This document shows, in pieces, positions 24,075 through 37,537 of a DNA stretch of 64,000 bases. The notes under the pieces are model-generated. The model did no database searches. It was not told where the DNA came from and saw nothing but the letters and a program-made list of their open reading frames with translations. Made by a program: the position numbers and the translations under genes. Position 1 is the first letter of the stretch. Every line of letters begins with the position of its first letter. Source of the stretch: Hemiscyllium ocellatum (taxonomy: Eukaryota). The stretch covers positions 29,046,484-29,110,483 of the forward strand of contig NC_083408.1 in the NCBI RefSeq assembly GCF_020745735.1, given 5' to 3'.

Positions 24075-24505
24075 TGTGGAAACAGGCCCTTCAGCCCTAC
24101 AAGTACACACCGACCTTCCGAAAGGCAACCCACTCCCAATTCCTGATGAAGGTCTTATGACCGAAACGTCGATTCTCCTGCTCCTCGGATGCTGTCTGAC
24201 CTGCTGTGTGTTTCCAGCACCACACTACCGTGACCTACAATTTACTCCTGACTCATGCACCTAAACTACACATCCCTGAACACTATGGGCAATTTAGCAT
24301 GGCCATTTTGCCTAACCTGCATATCTTTGGATTGTGGGAGGAAACCGGAGCGCGCGGAGTGAACCCATGCAGACACGGGGAGAATGTGCAAGCTTCTCAC
24401 AAAGTTCGTCACCTGAGGCTGGAATCAAACCCGGTCCCTAGCGCTGTAGGGCAGCAGTGCTAGCCACTGAGCCACCGTGTCGGCCCCACTGAGCCACCGT
24501 GTCCC
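24075..24505 (-). mobile_element. HE1-type SINE containing an inserted Penelope tail (24138-24228)
   Basis: SINE sequence resumes after the insert. The head motif ccactgagccaccgtgtc is tandemly duplicated. Confidence 0.8.
24138..24174 (+). ncRNA. Minimal type-I hammerhead ribozyme motif, intact core, variant stem II
   Basis: aaTTC-CTGATGA-A-GGTC-ttat-GACC-GAAAC-GTC-GAtt. Confidence 0.7.
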
Positions 24506-27500
24506 GTACTCAGCCACATGCTCTGACCGTTAGTAGAAGAGCTGTGCAAGTCTTCTATGAGAGTGAGAATAGCAATAAGTGGTGAGAACCATCACCAATT
24601 TCCCCCAATGCTACGGAGGAGTGAACGGATCTGCAGTAAAACCCACGTAAAATCACAGTCTGTACGGTAAATATTGAGGTAAAATAATTATTGGATACGA
24701 TTTGATCCCTCGGTACTTATAAGTAGACCAGGATTGCTTCATTGTCACTGTGCTAACAAATCCTGAAACTCACTGACGACAGCATGTTAGGAGGTGCATT
24801 GGCTGTCCGCCACATTCCCACGCTAGCTTCATTGGTTCACCACAACATTGCCAATGACAATTATGGACGGGCCGTGCTCAGGATTCCATTCACCTCATGA
24901 AGGTGATGCTGCAAATGGCAAGTAGAACAATGTAGAAAAGCAGACGGATCCACTCAGTGAACTGGGCCTTATCTTCCCTCATACCGCCATTGTGATGTTG
25001 CTACATTAGTTAAAGTTCTGATGAAATAGCAGGCCTGTTGCAATAGTATATGTTAAAACAAAATTGGTTGGCCCTTACCCCACATCCGTTTCAAATTAGC
25101 TTTTGCATAAACAGTTGGGAATTATTATGATTGTCGCTTGTCGGGGCTGTCTGATGCTGGTTCATGAGGAGACCCATTCTCTGTTGCTAGGGACAATCTA
25201 CATAACTAAATGGTATCTCTTACATCAAGACTTTCCGAAGAAATCGTTGCCTTGAGGTGTGTGTGCCGAATGGAACAACGTTTAAGTTACTGTATTAACG
25301 GCGTTAAAACTGCCTGGCGTACTCTCACCTTTGAACAGAAAAACTGCTCGAAAATATTGTAGCATATTGGAGCATTGGAATCGCACAATTAATAACGATG
25401 TGCATTCCTGTTTGTCATTGAGAAAACCGAAATTCAATTTTCTGCAACTCCATTCATAATTACTCGAAAATATATTATGGACACCGAATTCGTTTTCTGT
25501 TAGTTGTTGGGTCTTAAAACTCTGGGCTCCCTGTCAATCTTTTCCCTTGATTTCACTCCTAAAGGAGAATGCAATGTCGAAAGTGAATGACTCAGTTAAT
25601 AAGTTAATTTCGTCAGCGCTCGGAGGACTTCAAATGCCAAAGGTTGGGTTCTACCTCCTACCACTAAGGCGGATCGCCCATGTTAATGTTCAACACTCAC
25701 ACAAAACGAGGCGGTCAGACATCATTAAAGAGACAAGCGGGTAGGTAGGGCGCAAGACATTACAAAAGAGTTGAACATTTCAACACAATCATCGACTCAT
25801 CATCCCCTGGTTATTTTGTTCAAGCCAGCTCAGTAGTTATATATTTATTGTAAAGAATACCCTAATGTATAATGTTGGGAGGAAACTTGAAGATCGGTGC
25901 GTGGTTCCTGCTATGATTACCAGATTCCCAGCGAATTGTGATAGTTGAACCCTGTCATTTGCCAAGGTGTCAAGTGACTTCTCGATAGCAGAGAAATAAC
26001 CGACGAGAGAGAAATCATGTGACATATTAGGAAGCGATAAATTAAGCTTAATTTAAGAAAACGAATCTTAGTTATCACGTATAACTTCAATGTAAAGCCA
26101 ACAACGGAGAAGCTCGATACCATAATACCAAATTTAGAGGCAGGGAATTGCGTTCTTTACATTAGAAGGCCATCCCACGTTTGGCCATTTTGAATACATA
26201 GATTTCTTTGTCCCCCATGCTGTCAACAACGCTGCAATCAAAATATACAGATTTTGGTCGAAAAGATCGCTTTGATCAGAAAGTTTCAAATCATCAGCAA
26301 AATAATTTGCCTTGGTTTGAGTCGTTGCACAATGTCTGCAATAACTTGGCGTGGGATTGAAAGGAAGACCTTCGAAGCAAGGATGAAGTCATGATCCCGA
26401 AGAAAGTTAGTGTGACCAAAACGGCGGATTTTTACATGTGGTCTACACACCCGGGACTGTTAATTATGGCATTGTTTTGTACTTGTTCCAGGACGCTTAG
26501 ATGATTTGTTGTGGCAACATTTCCACCTGATAAGAGAGAGAAAACAATTATGTTTTGGTTTGCCCTTGATGATCGACCCTTTATTGAGATCATGGTAGCA
26601 AAAGAGCCGTAAATTCAAAGGTGACCCGTCTGCCAACTTGTCTCTACACAGTCTTGAGCATTGTACGGAATTGTTGTATTCTAAACTGCTCCCTTGGTGA
26701 GTGCTGCTTAAGCAGGGCTTATGCTAGAAAATTCTGAACTTGTAGTGTCATTCATAATAAGCGAGTTCTACTCCTTCACCACTGCCAGAGCTCTGCTTTC
26801 TTGAGAATCTGTAATGATTCCATATTTCCACCTGTATAGGAATGGCAATGATTCGTTCAGGCCTTCAAACTAGATTTCTGACCTTCAACCTTTCTATCTG
26901 GTTATTGTCCCTTTCAAAGCCTGCCTACCTTTCAGTTACCCTCAGTGTTAGCGCTGCCTGATCACATCACCTTGAAACGCCATGAGGATATTAATGATGT
27001 TACATTTTTTAATACCAGTTGTAGTGATTTACACACCTGATGCCAATTTTTTGAGCTTGTGCATTGGATTTATAGACAATAAGATTCTAATCCCCTTCCA
27101 CTTGCCCGGTGTATTTATAATATCTATCATACACGGATATGTGCGCCAAATGCTGCTTTAGATTCTCAGCATGCCCTGAAGCTTCTAATTGCCATCCAGA
27201 AGGATGCGCCTTTGATATACTTTTTTTTTAGGTCCCGTTTACTTTGACTTCAGTGACAACTAAAACGTTGCAACTGACGAACTCGCAATGTATGTTTACC
27301 AAGGACAAGAGAACGTGGTGAAACCATATTTTCTGCTGGATTAATAATCCTCTACCCTAAAACGGACAGGGCTGTTCATTGTCATCCATATTCCTTTTTG
27401 ATGTGGCAGGATGGTGCGGCTTGTGCGTTTCCAATCTCTCACTCACTAAGGAGGGTAGCTGAACCCCCCCGTCATTGCAGTGCCGATATCAACTGAATCA

Positions 27501-29859
27501 CCGTCTACCTGGGAACCCGGATGTTCTTCATCTTAATGAACCTGCAAAGAACAATTTCCTGCAAAGATAGGATATATGATTGTTAAGATAAAATAGCCCG
27601 ATAGAGATATAATTAGACGGACTGTAAAGAGTGCAGTGAATGAAGAGTAGGATCTGTGCGGAAGAGTTAATGGCCACCACTGGGAACTTGTTTTAAACCG
27701 TCTCGAGAGCCTCCAAAAAGCTGCTAAATGAAGTTGGCGTATCTGATCATAATCTTGAAAGCAATACAAATGCAGGAAAAATATTTAAACCTGCGGGGTT
27801 TCACCAACGCCTTATATAATTGCAGCAAACCATCCCTACTCCTGTACACAAATCTTCCTGTTTCAAAGCCAACCTATCATTTCCCTTCTTCACCGCCTGC
27901 TGCACATTCATGCTTACCTTCAGCTACTACTGTATAAGGTCACCCAAGTCGGTCGCACCCTCCCCTTTGCCTAACGTATGGCAATTCAGATAATAATCGG
28001 TCTTCCTGTTTTTGTTACTGAAGTGGATACCCTCACAACTATTCAAATTAAACTTCATCTAACATGCATTTGCCCACTCACTCAACTGGTTCAAATCACA
28101 CTGAAACACCTCTGCCTCCGCCTCACTGTTCTCGTCCTATCCAGCTTTGTGTCCCCTGTAAATTTGGAAATGTTATATTTAGTTCTATCATCTAAATCGT
28201 TCATATATCTTATGAACAGCTAAGGTCCAAGCACTCGAGAATCCCACTCGAAAAAAAAAGACTTGTTTATTCGTACTCTTTGTTTTTTTTTGCCAACTGG
28301 TTCTCTATCCATGTTCGGGAAGGAATTTCGTTTAAATCTTCAAATCTGCACAAAGAACTAAAAGCTCATGTGGCACCAAGTGTCAATTAACTGGAAGGTC
28401 CCTTTTTAAAATTTTGACATACAGCATAATATTATGTGACCCAACTTGAGTCGAGATAAAACTATAATGTTCTGATTTTATTGTGCGTGAGAACTCAGCA
28501 CTGGAACCAGTCACAGAAACAGTTATGGGCGAGATGAGTTACAGAGGTGATCAATTTTCAATATTTCAAATGAGAGAAGAACTGTTGCAAAACAAAATCA
28601 ACGAGAACAGAGAAATAACTTGCATGCTTTCCCAAAAACGTATAAAAATCGAGGGACTGGATTTCCTTTAACAGACTAATGCAGTTTCTATGACGTATGC
28701 GGATGCACCGAGGCAACTAAGGACCATCACGGGCTACTGGTGATCCTTCATTTGAATTTGCAGAATTGGAAGTGGTTGTGGATTATATCGAAGCATGGGT
28801 GGAATTCTCCAAATTTATACTAGATTCGTAACCCTAGAAGCTCAGCGCTTTAATCATGGTCGCTCATCCACTTCTAGAAATCTGCCAATGAATCCTCGGC
28901 GATTTGCGATGGGCTCCAGACTTCGGATTGAGGCAGAATGTCATATTTAGGCAACACTTCTCGAGCCCACTAGAGGTCCTTAGTCTTCGTGGAGCCAACC
29001 ATGGCATTACAGTCTAACTATTACCTACATCCTCTTTCCATCCTCATGTCCCACCGATATCCAGGAAATTAAACAGCGAAGGCAACAGGAAAGACCTTAG
29101 CGGCCCAGTGTTAAGTAACGCGATTGGATCCATTAACACCTAAAAGAAGAGACTTATGATGAAGAAGGCAATTCCTTCAAATACCCCTTCTCCTCTGCAA
29201 TATTGCCTTGTTCTAGATTCTGTTCTGCTATAGTTTGAGCCTGCAATGATTTGCTGAAAAAGCAGAGCTTTTCTCCTGACCCGAAAGGTCACTTAAATTG
29301 GAAGCGAAATTGATTGTATTCCATCTTCAATTATCTGCTTCAGGACTATTTTGAGCTTTACTAATGGTTTACTTAAAATGCAATCCATCTCGATTCAACT
29401 ACACCCAATAGCATTAGTCGGCCAAGTTTCGAAATCTGATGCGGCAGTTTGACCTCTACATATGCTGGAATATAAGAGCAATCGATCGCTCATAGCAAGT
29501 TTGGCCATTCTTCCGACACATTACATCCCACCAGCTCAATCTGCGCCGTCAACATTTCACCTAACAAAGTATCCATGTTTTGAATTTTTGATGAGACCTC
29601 CATGTTTTCTCTGACAGACTCTTCCATCCAAGCAACTTCAGGACATAAACACAATATTTTCTCAGTCTCACTCTCCCCACGTATAAGTCCCGGTCGCTTG
29701 TGGAATTCACTGTAGAAATGTTTTGGCTGTCGTGTTGGCTATTAAAATCTTGGCTACTTCCAAAGGGAATCCTATTGAGCCAACCTTTCACTAAATAACA
29801 CATCATATAAACCTTGGCAGAATAGTTTTTTTTCTAAGATTGAGGGCGATTTCATTGGA

Positions 29860-30265
29860 TTGAGGGTGATTTAGCGATTTGGATCAGAAATTGGCTAGCT
29901 GAAAGAAGTTTGAGGATGGTGGTTGATGGGAAATGTTCATCCAGGAGTTCAGTTACTAGTGGTGTACGCAAGGATCTGTTTGTGGGGTCACTGCTTTGTG
30001 TCATGAAGGCGTAGAAGGATGGGTCAGTAAATTTGCGAATGACACTAAGGTCGGTGGAGTTGTGGATAGTGCTGAAGGATGTTGCATGTTACAGAGGGAT
30101 ATAGATAAACTGCAGAGCTGGGCTGAGAAGTGGCAAATGGAGTTTAATGCGTGAGGTTATTCACATTGGAAGTAGCAACAGTAGTAAAGAGTACTGGGCT
30201 AATGGTAACATTCTTGGTTGTCTAGGTGAGCAGAGAAACCTCGGTGTCCATGTAATAGGTCCTTG
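29860..30265 (+). mobile_element. CR1 RT fragment
   Basis: Encodes S-K-F-A-N-D-T-K-V-G-G (FADDTK-like) and W-A-E-K-W-Q-M-E-F-N. Confidence 0.8.
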
Positions 30266-31439
30266 ATGAAATAAGAATCTAAAGTTCACTTTACTATAAG
30301 GGGGCTGCTGTTGGGTTCCGTTGAAACTAAGGTTCATGCCTCCACTGAGAGCAATGGTTCAGTTCCTGAATGCAGATGAAGACTCTGCTGTCTACAACCG
30401 CAGTGCGGGTGATGAGATCGAATGTCGTTCAGTCACGTGAGCATGAAACAGGCTACTCCTGGTGGGACATCCAAGCTCCAGGTGCTCATTGCCACAAGTC
30501 TGTGAGCCAACGTTTTGCGAATTTGCAATGCGTTTGTGAACTGCTAACTTCCGATTTATACTGCACTGCCGGAAATACCCGTTGAAACAGCTTTTTCACG
30601 AAGACCCCAAAGTGGGGATGGCCTCCACACGCTCGTCAAACAAACGGTTGATATAGTCACAGCTTCATACATTTCAGTCAGGCAACCCCAGTGTTTTAGC
30701 TGAGAGAGATTATGCGTTCGAACTGGAAGGTCTCAGATATAGTTTCCACCTCCGAATTGTCGACCGTAGGAGCAGCATCCATGCCTGCAAAATCTTTTGA
30801 GCACCATACTCCAAGAGAGATATGAACATGAAGATATTTGAAGCAGGCAAACATTTCAGCCGATGTCTCTATCACCATGCCTGCTTTTGTTCTGTGTCAC
30901 TGTCAGTATGTGGAGCCCGTGAAATATCATCTAATCAACTAACACGCCCATAGAAAGAACTGCGCTTGCTAGTTCAATGGTTGACCGATTTGGACACGTC
31001 CTGAAATACATACTGCAGCAGTTGGCGTGAAAACATGAGGGCAAAGGGTTCTACCCCTGTGCCATTGTCAACATATGTAACTGAGTTGGTATGCAAGAGC
31101 AGCAGAAGTGCAATCAAATAATCTGCAATCACATGGTCAAACTATTCCTCACCCCTTCAATACTATGACCCGGGAGATCAACACTGTTCTTAGTGAGGAA
31201 AACGTATGAGCAAGAGTACAAAGAGTCCACATTATTTCGTGAAATTACAACATGGCGTTATCTATATGCTCACCAATGGAGACCGCCCACTGTTGATATT
31301 CTAGTTCAGATTCAGGTAATTGCCCAAGATCCAGATGAAATTAATCGTGATTTCGTGGAGTTTACAAAGCGAGATAAAGGCAACGGGTTTGCCCTTTTCA
31401 CTGTAATTCCTTTTGTCTTGCTCAAGACAATTCGAGCAT

Positions 31440-32110
31440 AATTGTCCCGGACGGCATTTTATTGCCCGTCCTTAACTGCTGGACCTACACACATCTAGGC
31501 GAGTGGAGAGTATTCCATCTAACTCCTGGTCATGTATTAATACAAATCGAAAGAACTGTGGACGCTGTAAATCAGAAAGAAAAAGAAAAGTTGCTGGAAA
31601 GTGAAGTCAAACTTTACGTTTCGGGTCCGGTGACCCTCTCCGACATGTCTACCCAGATAGTGGATAGAAATTGGGAAGATAGCGGCGAACTAAACGTAAT
31701 TAATTGCCTTGGTCTCTGATTTGTTCTTGTAACTGCAGTTTACATATGGCTGGTCCAGTTCACTTTCCAGTCAATGTTGATTTCCAGGTTGAAATTGGAG
31801 AATTCACCATTGGTAATGCCATTGAATGTCATGGGGCAATGATTGCATTCTCTTTCATTGGGGATTGTCATTGCCTCACATTTGGGTAACACAAAAATAT
31901 TAATTGCCATTTATCATGAGAAGCCAAGATTCTGGCTCGGTTTTGTTGCATATGAGGGCGGGCTGCTTCAACATCTAAGGAAGTGCAAATGATATTGCAT
32001 ATTGTGCAATCATCAACCAACATCCCGCTTTTGACTTCGGATGGAAGAGAGCACAAAACGAAACAGCTGAAGATAGATGGACTCAGGACACGATACTGAG
32101 GACCTTTTAA
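31440..32110 (-). mobile_element. Old CR1/L2-group LINE remnant with a small Penelope-type insert (~31555-31645)
   Basis: Minus ORF with ...MLVDDCTI...DKWQ. Similar to 56350-57850. Confidence 0.55.
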
Positions 32111-32119
32111 CGTTATATC

Positions 32120-34370
32120 CTCATTTTTGAAGACTTCCTATTTGCCAGCCATTCTTTTACCTGCAAATATCTGCCCCCAATCAACTTTTAAAGTTCTTGC
32201 CTAATACTGTCAAAATTGACCTTCCTCCAGTTTGGAACTTTAACTTTTAGATCCTCTTTATCCTTTTCTATCACTATTTTAAAACTAATGGAATTATGGT
32301 CGCTCGCCCCAAAGTGCTCCCTCGCTGACACCTCAGTCACTTGCTCTGCCTTATTTCCCAAAAGTAGGTCAGGCTTTGCACCTTCTCTAGTGGGTACATC
32401 TACACATTGAATCAGAATTTTTTCTTGTACACACTTAACAAATTCCTCTCAAACTAAACTTTTAACATTATGACAGTCCAAGTCTATGTTTGGAAAGTTA
32501 AAATGCCTTACCATAACCACCCTATTATCCTTCAGATAACTGAGATCTCCTTAGACATTTTTTCTCAATTTCCCTCTGACTATTTGGGGTCTATAGTACA
32601 ATCCCTGTAAACTGATCATCCCTTTTTTATTTCTCAATTCCACCCAAATAACTTCCCTGGATGTATTCCCAGGAATATCCTTCCTAAGTTCAGCTGTAAT
32701 ATTGTCCATTATCAAAAACGCCACCTCCCAACCCCCAGAACCCCCCCCCCCCCCCACTCGCTTTCTCCCCTTTCTATGTTTCCTATAGCATTTCTATTCT
32801 GGAACAGTAAGCTGTCATTCCTGTCCATATCTCTGCAATTGTTCTGATATCCAAATCCCATGTTCGTAAGCATGCCCTGAGTTCAGTTGCCTTCCCTATT
32901 CGGCCTCTTGCATTGAAATAAATGCAGTTTCATTTATCAGTCCTACCTTGTTCCTGCCTGCCCTCAGTGTTTGAGTTGCACCCTTTTTCAACTGTACTAT
33001 AGTCTCAGTCCGATTGCTTTGCTCACTGTCTCTGTAGGTCCCACCCGATCTCCCCGCCTCCCACACCTTACTAGTTTAAATCCTCCTGAGCAGCTCCAGC
33101 AAATCTCCCTGCCAGCGTATGAGCCCACTTCCAATTCAGGTGTAATCCATCCTTCTTTTAAAGGTTACCTCTACCCCAGAAGAGATTCCAATGATCCAAA
33201 AATGCGAACCTTTCTCCCCTGCACCAGCTCCTCAGCCACACATTCATCTGCTCTTCCCTCCTATTCCTACCCTGACTAGCTCGTAGCACTGGGATTAATC
33301 TAAATATTAATATCCTCGAAGACCTCCTTTTTAAAGTGCACCCCTGAATTCCTATAATCTTCCTTCAGAAGCTCACCCTTTCCCCTTCCTATGCCATAAG
33401 TTCCAATGTGTGCAATCTGCTGGTCCATAGATCTTTTGAGAACATACTGCACCCGCTCTGAGATACCCTTGACCCTGGCACCACGGAGGCAACACACCTT
33501 TGTGATTTCTTGCTGTTGGCTGCAGTAAATCTGTTTGTGCCTCTGACTAGAGAGTCCCCTTATCACAATCGATTGCTTAGAAACTGACGTACCCTTGACT
33601 ACATTAGAGCCAGTCTTGGTACCAAGACCTGGTTATTTGTGCTACATTCCCCTGACAGTTCATCACCCCCTACATTGTCCAAAACAGTATGCTTTTTTGA
33701 GATGGGGATAGCCATTACCTATCTCTCTCTCTCCTACATTTTCGGGAGGTAACCCACCTGACTGTATCTGTGGTTTTTCGATCTTCATATAACTGCCATT
33801 CATCACATCCCCGAGCTCTTGTAAATTCCTGATTGTCTCGAACTGCTGCTCCAAACAAGCCATGTGATTTGATAGGATTCGCAACCAAACACACTTTCTG
33901 CAGACATAATCATCAGCAACATGGAAACTCTCCATAATCTCCCATATCTAGCAGAATGAGCACAACACTCTACGAAAGGCCATCCTTGCACCTCAACAAT
34001 CTACAGACTCAGAAAATAGCACCGCTTTACTGTTCAAATACACTGTTCCAGACTGACTTAGTACCCATGCTTTTTAATTTTTTAAAAATTTAATCACAAG
34101 ACAGATTTCAATAAAATATATAATCAAAAAAGAACCCACTCTACTCACAATTGTAGATTTGCAGTAAGGTGACGCGTAAAAAATATGCACTTAGCTTCTC
34201 CAGAGCTGTGAGCTCTCCCACACAAGTTCCTCCAAGGTCACCTGTCAATTACACTGTTTGTTTATTTTTCTTAGATGCACTCTGATGTCCAGAGATACTT
34301 GAACTCAAGCAGCAAAGGCCGTAGTTGTGCATATTCACTGCTGTGTCAGACAGCAGTGTAGGTTTCTTTT
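32120..34370 (-). mobile_element. CR1 LINE 5' part (ORF1 Cys motif, GDSL esterase, APE start), decayed
   Basis: YVCRKC, GDSLVRG, VCCLRGARV, HIGT and IWVELRNKKG...GLYYRP motifs. Frameshifted. Confidence 0.8.
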
Positions 34371-35354
34371 GTTGAAAAGTGCATAATTCTTAGACATTAT
34401 TATCATCCTTGGAATTTCGTTTTCAGATCAGAGGCAATTCCTGTCAATGCTTATCTTCAAACAAAAACAGTTGAAAGTCCTTCTGGATCAGAGGCTTAAA
34501 TCCACGATTTATCAGAAAACAAGTGACTACAGAGAGTTATGGTTTTATGGAAATATGTTTATGCGCTGAGTTTATGATACATATGTGAAATTTTTAAGGC
34601 TTTTAATAAACGTGATCTCTCAAGCCAATTTTTATTCTGGGATCTGTTGTTGAACAATGTCATCAACTGACATCACACCACTTGTAGTAGGGAACGATAG
34701 GAGAAATCCAGATAGGTTGTTGAAGCAGGATGTGGGCTAACCTCATAATGTTGAGCGCAAATCTGAGCATATTTTAACAGATTCAAAGATAAAGAATAAA
34801 ATCCTGTTTGATTTCCTGGTTACTTCCAGCACTTGAGTTCTTATCTTTTGGATTCATTAAGTAGGACAGCCAGCCTAGAGCACCATTCTTAGAGCTCTGC
34901 AATTTATCCCATGAAAAAATATTTGTACCAAAATGGGCAATTTTGCACTTTTCCGCACTTTGCATTTCCAAATTGTAGTTCACTCACTGAATCTAGTAAC
35001 ATCATTTATAGACTTGTTGAAGATTGGTATCCTTTCAAAACTGACTTCTTTATCACATTTCCTGTGCAGTAGAGATCTTAATTAACTGTTGTTATGCAAG
35101 AACTAGACGTCCCAAAACATTAAAGAACTTCTAATAGATAGGCAGGAAAGGAGCACAAGAAAGGTCACAAGAATCTTTGGGTTCACCAAGGTCACAATGT
35201 TACATTTCACTGATGTCAGAGATTTATCCGACTCCACATGCATCCTGATAGCATAGGAAATAAGAAGTTTTGTTCTGAGGAACAAATGCCAAATGACCTT
35301 CGCGTGAATATGGCAAACGGGACAATGGTTGTTCTGGGGAGATCAAATTGAAAT

Positions 35355-35720
35355 TACAAGATAATGCATGGCTTAGAAAGGGTGGACGCTGGGAAGTTGT
35401 TTCTGTTAGGTATGGACATTAGGACCCGTGGGTCTAACCTTACAATTAGCAGGAGTCAATTTAGAACGGAAATGAGAAGACATTTCTTCAGCCAGAGAGT
35501 GGTGGACATGTGGAATTTATTGCCACGGAGCGCAGAGGAGGCCGGGATGTTGGATGTCTTCAAGGCAGAGATTGATAAATTCTTGCTCTCCCAAGGAATT
35601 AAGAGCTACGGGGAGAGTGCGGGTAAGTGGAATTGAAACACCCATCGGCCATAATTAAATGGCGGAGTAGACTTGATGGGCCGAATGGGCTTGCTTCCAC
35701 TTCTATGTCTTCTGGTTTTA
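35355..35720 (+). mobile_element. CR1 LINE 3' end
   Basis: MHGLERVD...RTRG...RTEMRRHFFSQRVVDMWNLLP, the canonical CR1 ORF2 C-terminus. Confidence 0.85.
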
Positions 35721-36999
35721 TGAAGTTGCCCTTGACTGATTCGACCATTAAATGCCCGCTAAAATGCTCAAGGAACAACTCCATTGTATGAAAAAACCGG
35801 CATAATTGTGAGCAAGAAATAAACTTGGATAGCACACTCCATTTATTAGATTAAGCAAAGTACTGCTTACGAACTTCACTGAATATTGTGCCAACACTGG
35901 GTTGGCTGTCGCACAGTGTAGCAAAACAAACCATAACTTATAGCCAATGTTTCTGGCATTTCCAGCAACATGTCTGACTTTACTCTGAAACACCAGTAGG
36001 CTACGTCACCAGAGGTCGCAGCATAGTTCAACATAATCGTGATGGAGACATCCACGTTGATTCTAGATCTTAATCTAGGCTTTGGATCTTCATGGCATCA
36101 GATCTCAGCTAACTGTCTCTGTCCTTTCTCAGGCGAGGATTCAGTGCTCTTCAATTCTAGACACCACTTTGAATGGGTATTACTTTGGATAAGAGATTAA
36201 AATGCTGGTCAAATCTTAAGGACGTATCTCCCAATTGTGACTGCTGGGTGGTTAGGAAACCCTATTTATCCTCACCCTCACCAATCAATTGCAAATTTAC
36301 CTCTCTGGAGTAGGCCTGTCGTTTCTTGCAGGCCGGACTTCAATCCTCCACACCAAAATGTGGTACGTAAACTATTGTCAAGTTCGTCAATTGAGTGCTG
36401 AAGTGTGGAGTCGTTAGAGGATTACACAGACGAAAGCCTCAGCCAAACAATGTAACCAAATTTAAATTTTGTTCAAGGTCTGAGAGTTGCTTACTTTGTT
36501 CTGTTCTTACCCAGGAAGAAATGTATTGCAACATTAACTTTAATCAAACGACTTTTGTACTGGCATGTATAATGTTGCAATTTATGATGTCCTATGACTT
36601 GTGTATGGAATATATTCAGTAACAAACTGATACTTGTTACGAACTGATCTCTTCGATTTTGTTCATCCCTGCTCCCGTTTTAATTATGTTCCTGCAATGT
36701 TGATGTGACGCTTTACCATTACCTCGTGCCGACGCTTATATTGAAGCATCTTAGAATTTATTATTTTTAACATTTACGAAAAGTACTAGTATCTATTATT
36801 CTTGGCTCAAATCTATGTCATTCCGGGCACCTGATCTACTGTTTCAGGATTCCAAACAATCTATATGATCTACTCCTATACTGTACGCATAATTATATGG
36901 GAAGGGTACAGCAGGATTACTTACAGTCTTTAGCATCAACTTTTCAAAAATGACTGATCGTCCGAGCAGCCAATGTAAAATTGGCAACTATAGCTGAGC

Positions 37000-37537
37000 G
37001 GTATGGTGTCACAATGGTTAGCACTGCTGCCTCACAGCGCCAGAGACCCGAAAGAAGACTAATAGTTTTAGGAAAGTCTGAGACTAGTAAAGTTTGGTGT
37101 TAACAGGCATTTGTTTACTGGTGTACCCAGAGCACAGATTATTCTTTATAACTGAAATGTAATAATTAGGGAGAAAAATGATATTTGGAACTTTATTGTA
37201 GGAGTGCACGAATGTTGAAATCGAATGTCTCTTATGGAGGATTTTAAAGATACCGCAGCCCAAGTACACGGTCCGTTTGCAGTCTCCTTAAATGAGGGAG
37301 AAGGTGCTTCTTCAGAAGAATTGTGTGGAGTTTGCACATTCTCCCTGTGTCTGCGTGGGTTTTCTCCGGGTGCTCCGGTTTCCTCCCACAATCCAAATAT
37401 GTGCAGGTTAGGTGAATTGGCCATGCTAAATTGCCCATAGTGTTAGGTGCAAGGGTAAATGTAGGGGAATGGGTCTTCGGAGGGTCGCTGTGGACTTGTT
37501 GCGCCGAAGGGCCTGTTTTCGCACTTTAAGTAATCTA
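37000..37537 (+). mobile_element. HE1-type SINE head (37000-37050) and body (37322-37537) separated by ~270 bp
   Basis: Both pieces match 10855-11162. The intervening and following sequence is degenerate CR1-like. Confidence 0.7.

Noticed and set aside
24464-24505. Short direct repeats suggestive of an array
   Set aside because: Only a two-copy duplication of the SINE head. The DNA is eukaryotic and there is no CRISPR-like structure.
28740-28830. PSFEFAELEVVVDYIEAW, faintly like a Harbinger Myb/SANT protein start
   Set aside because: Too short and stop-interrupted, with no terminal inverted repeats or transposase seen. Needs an HMM search.
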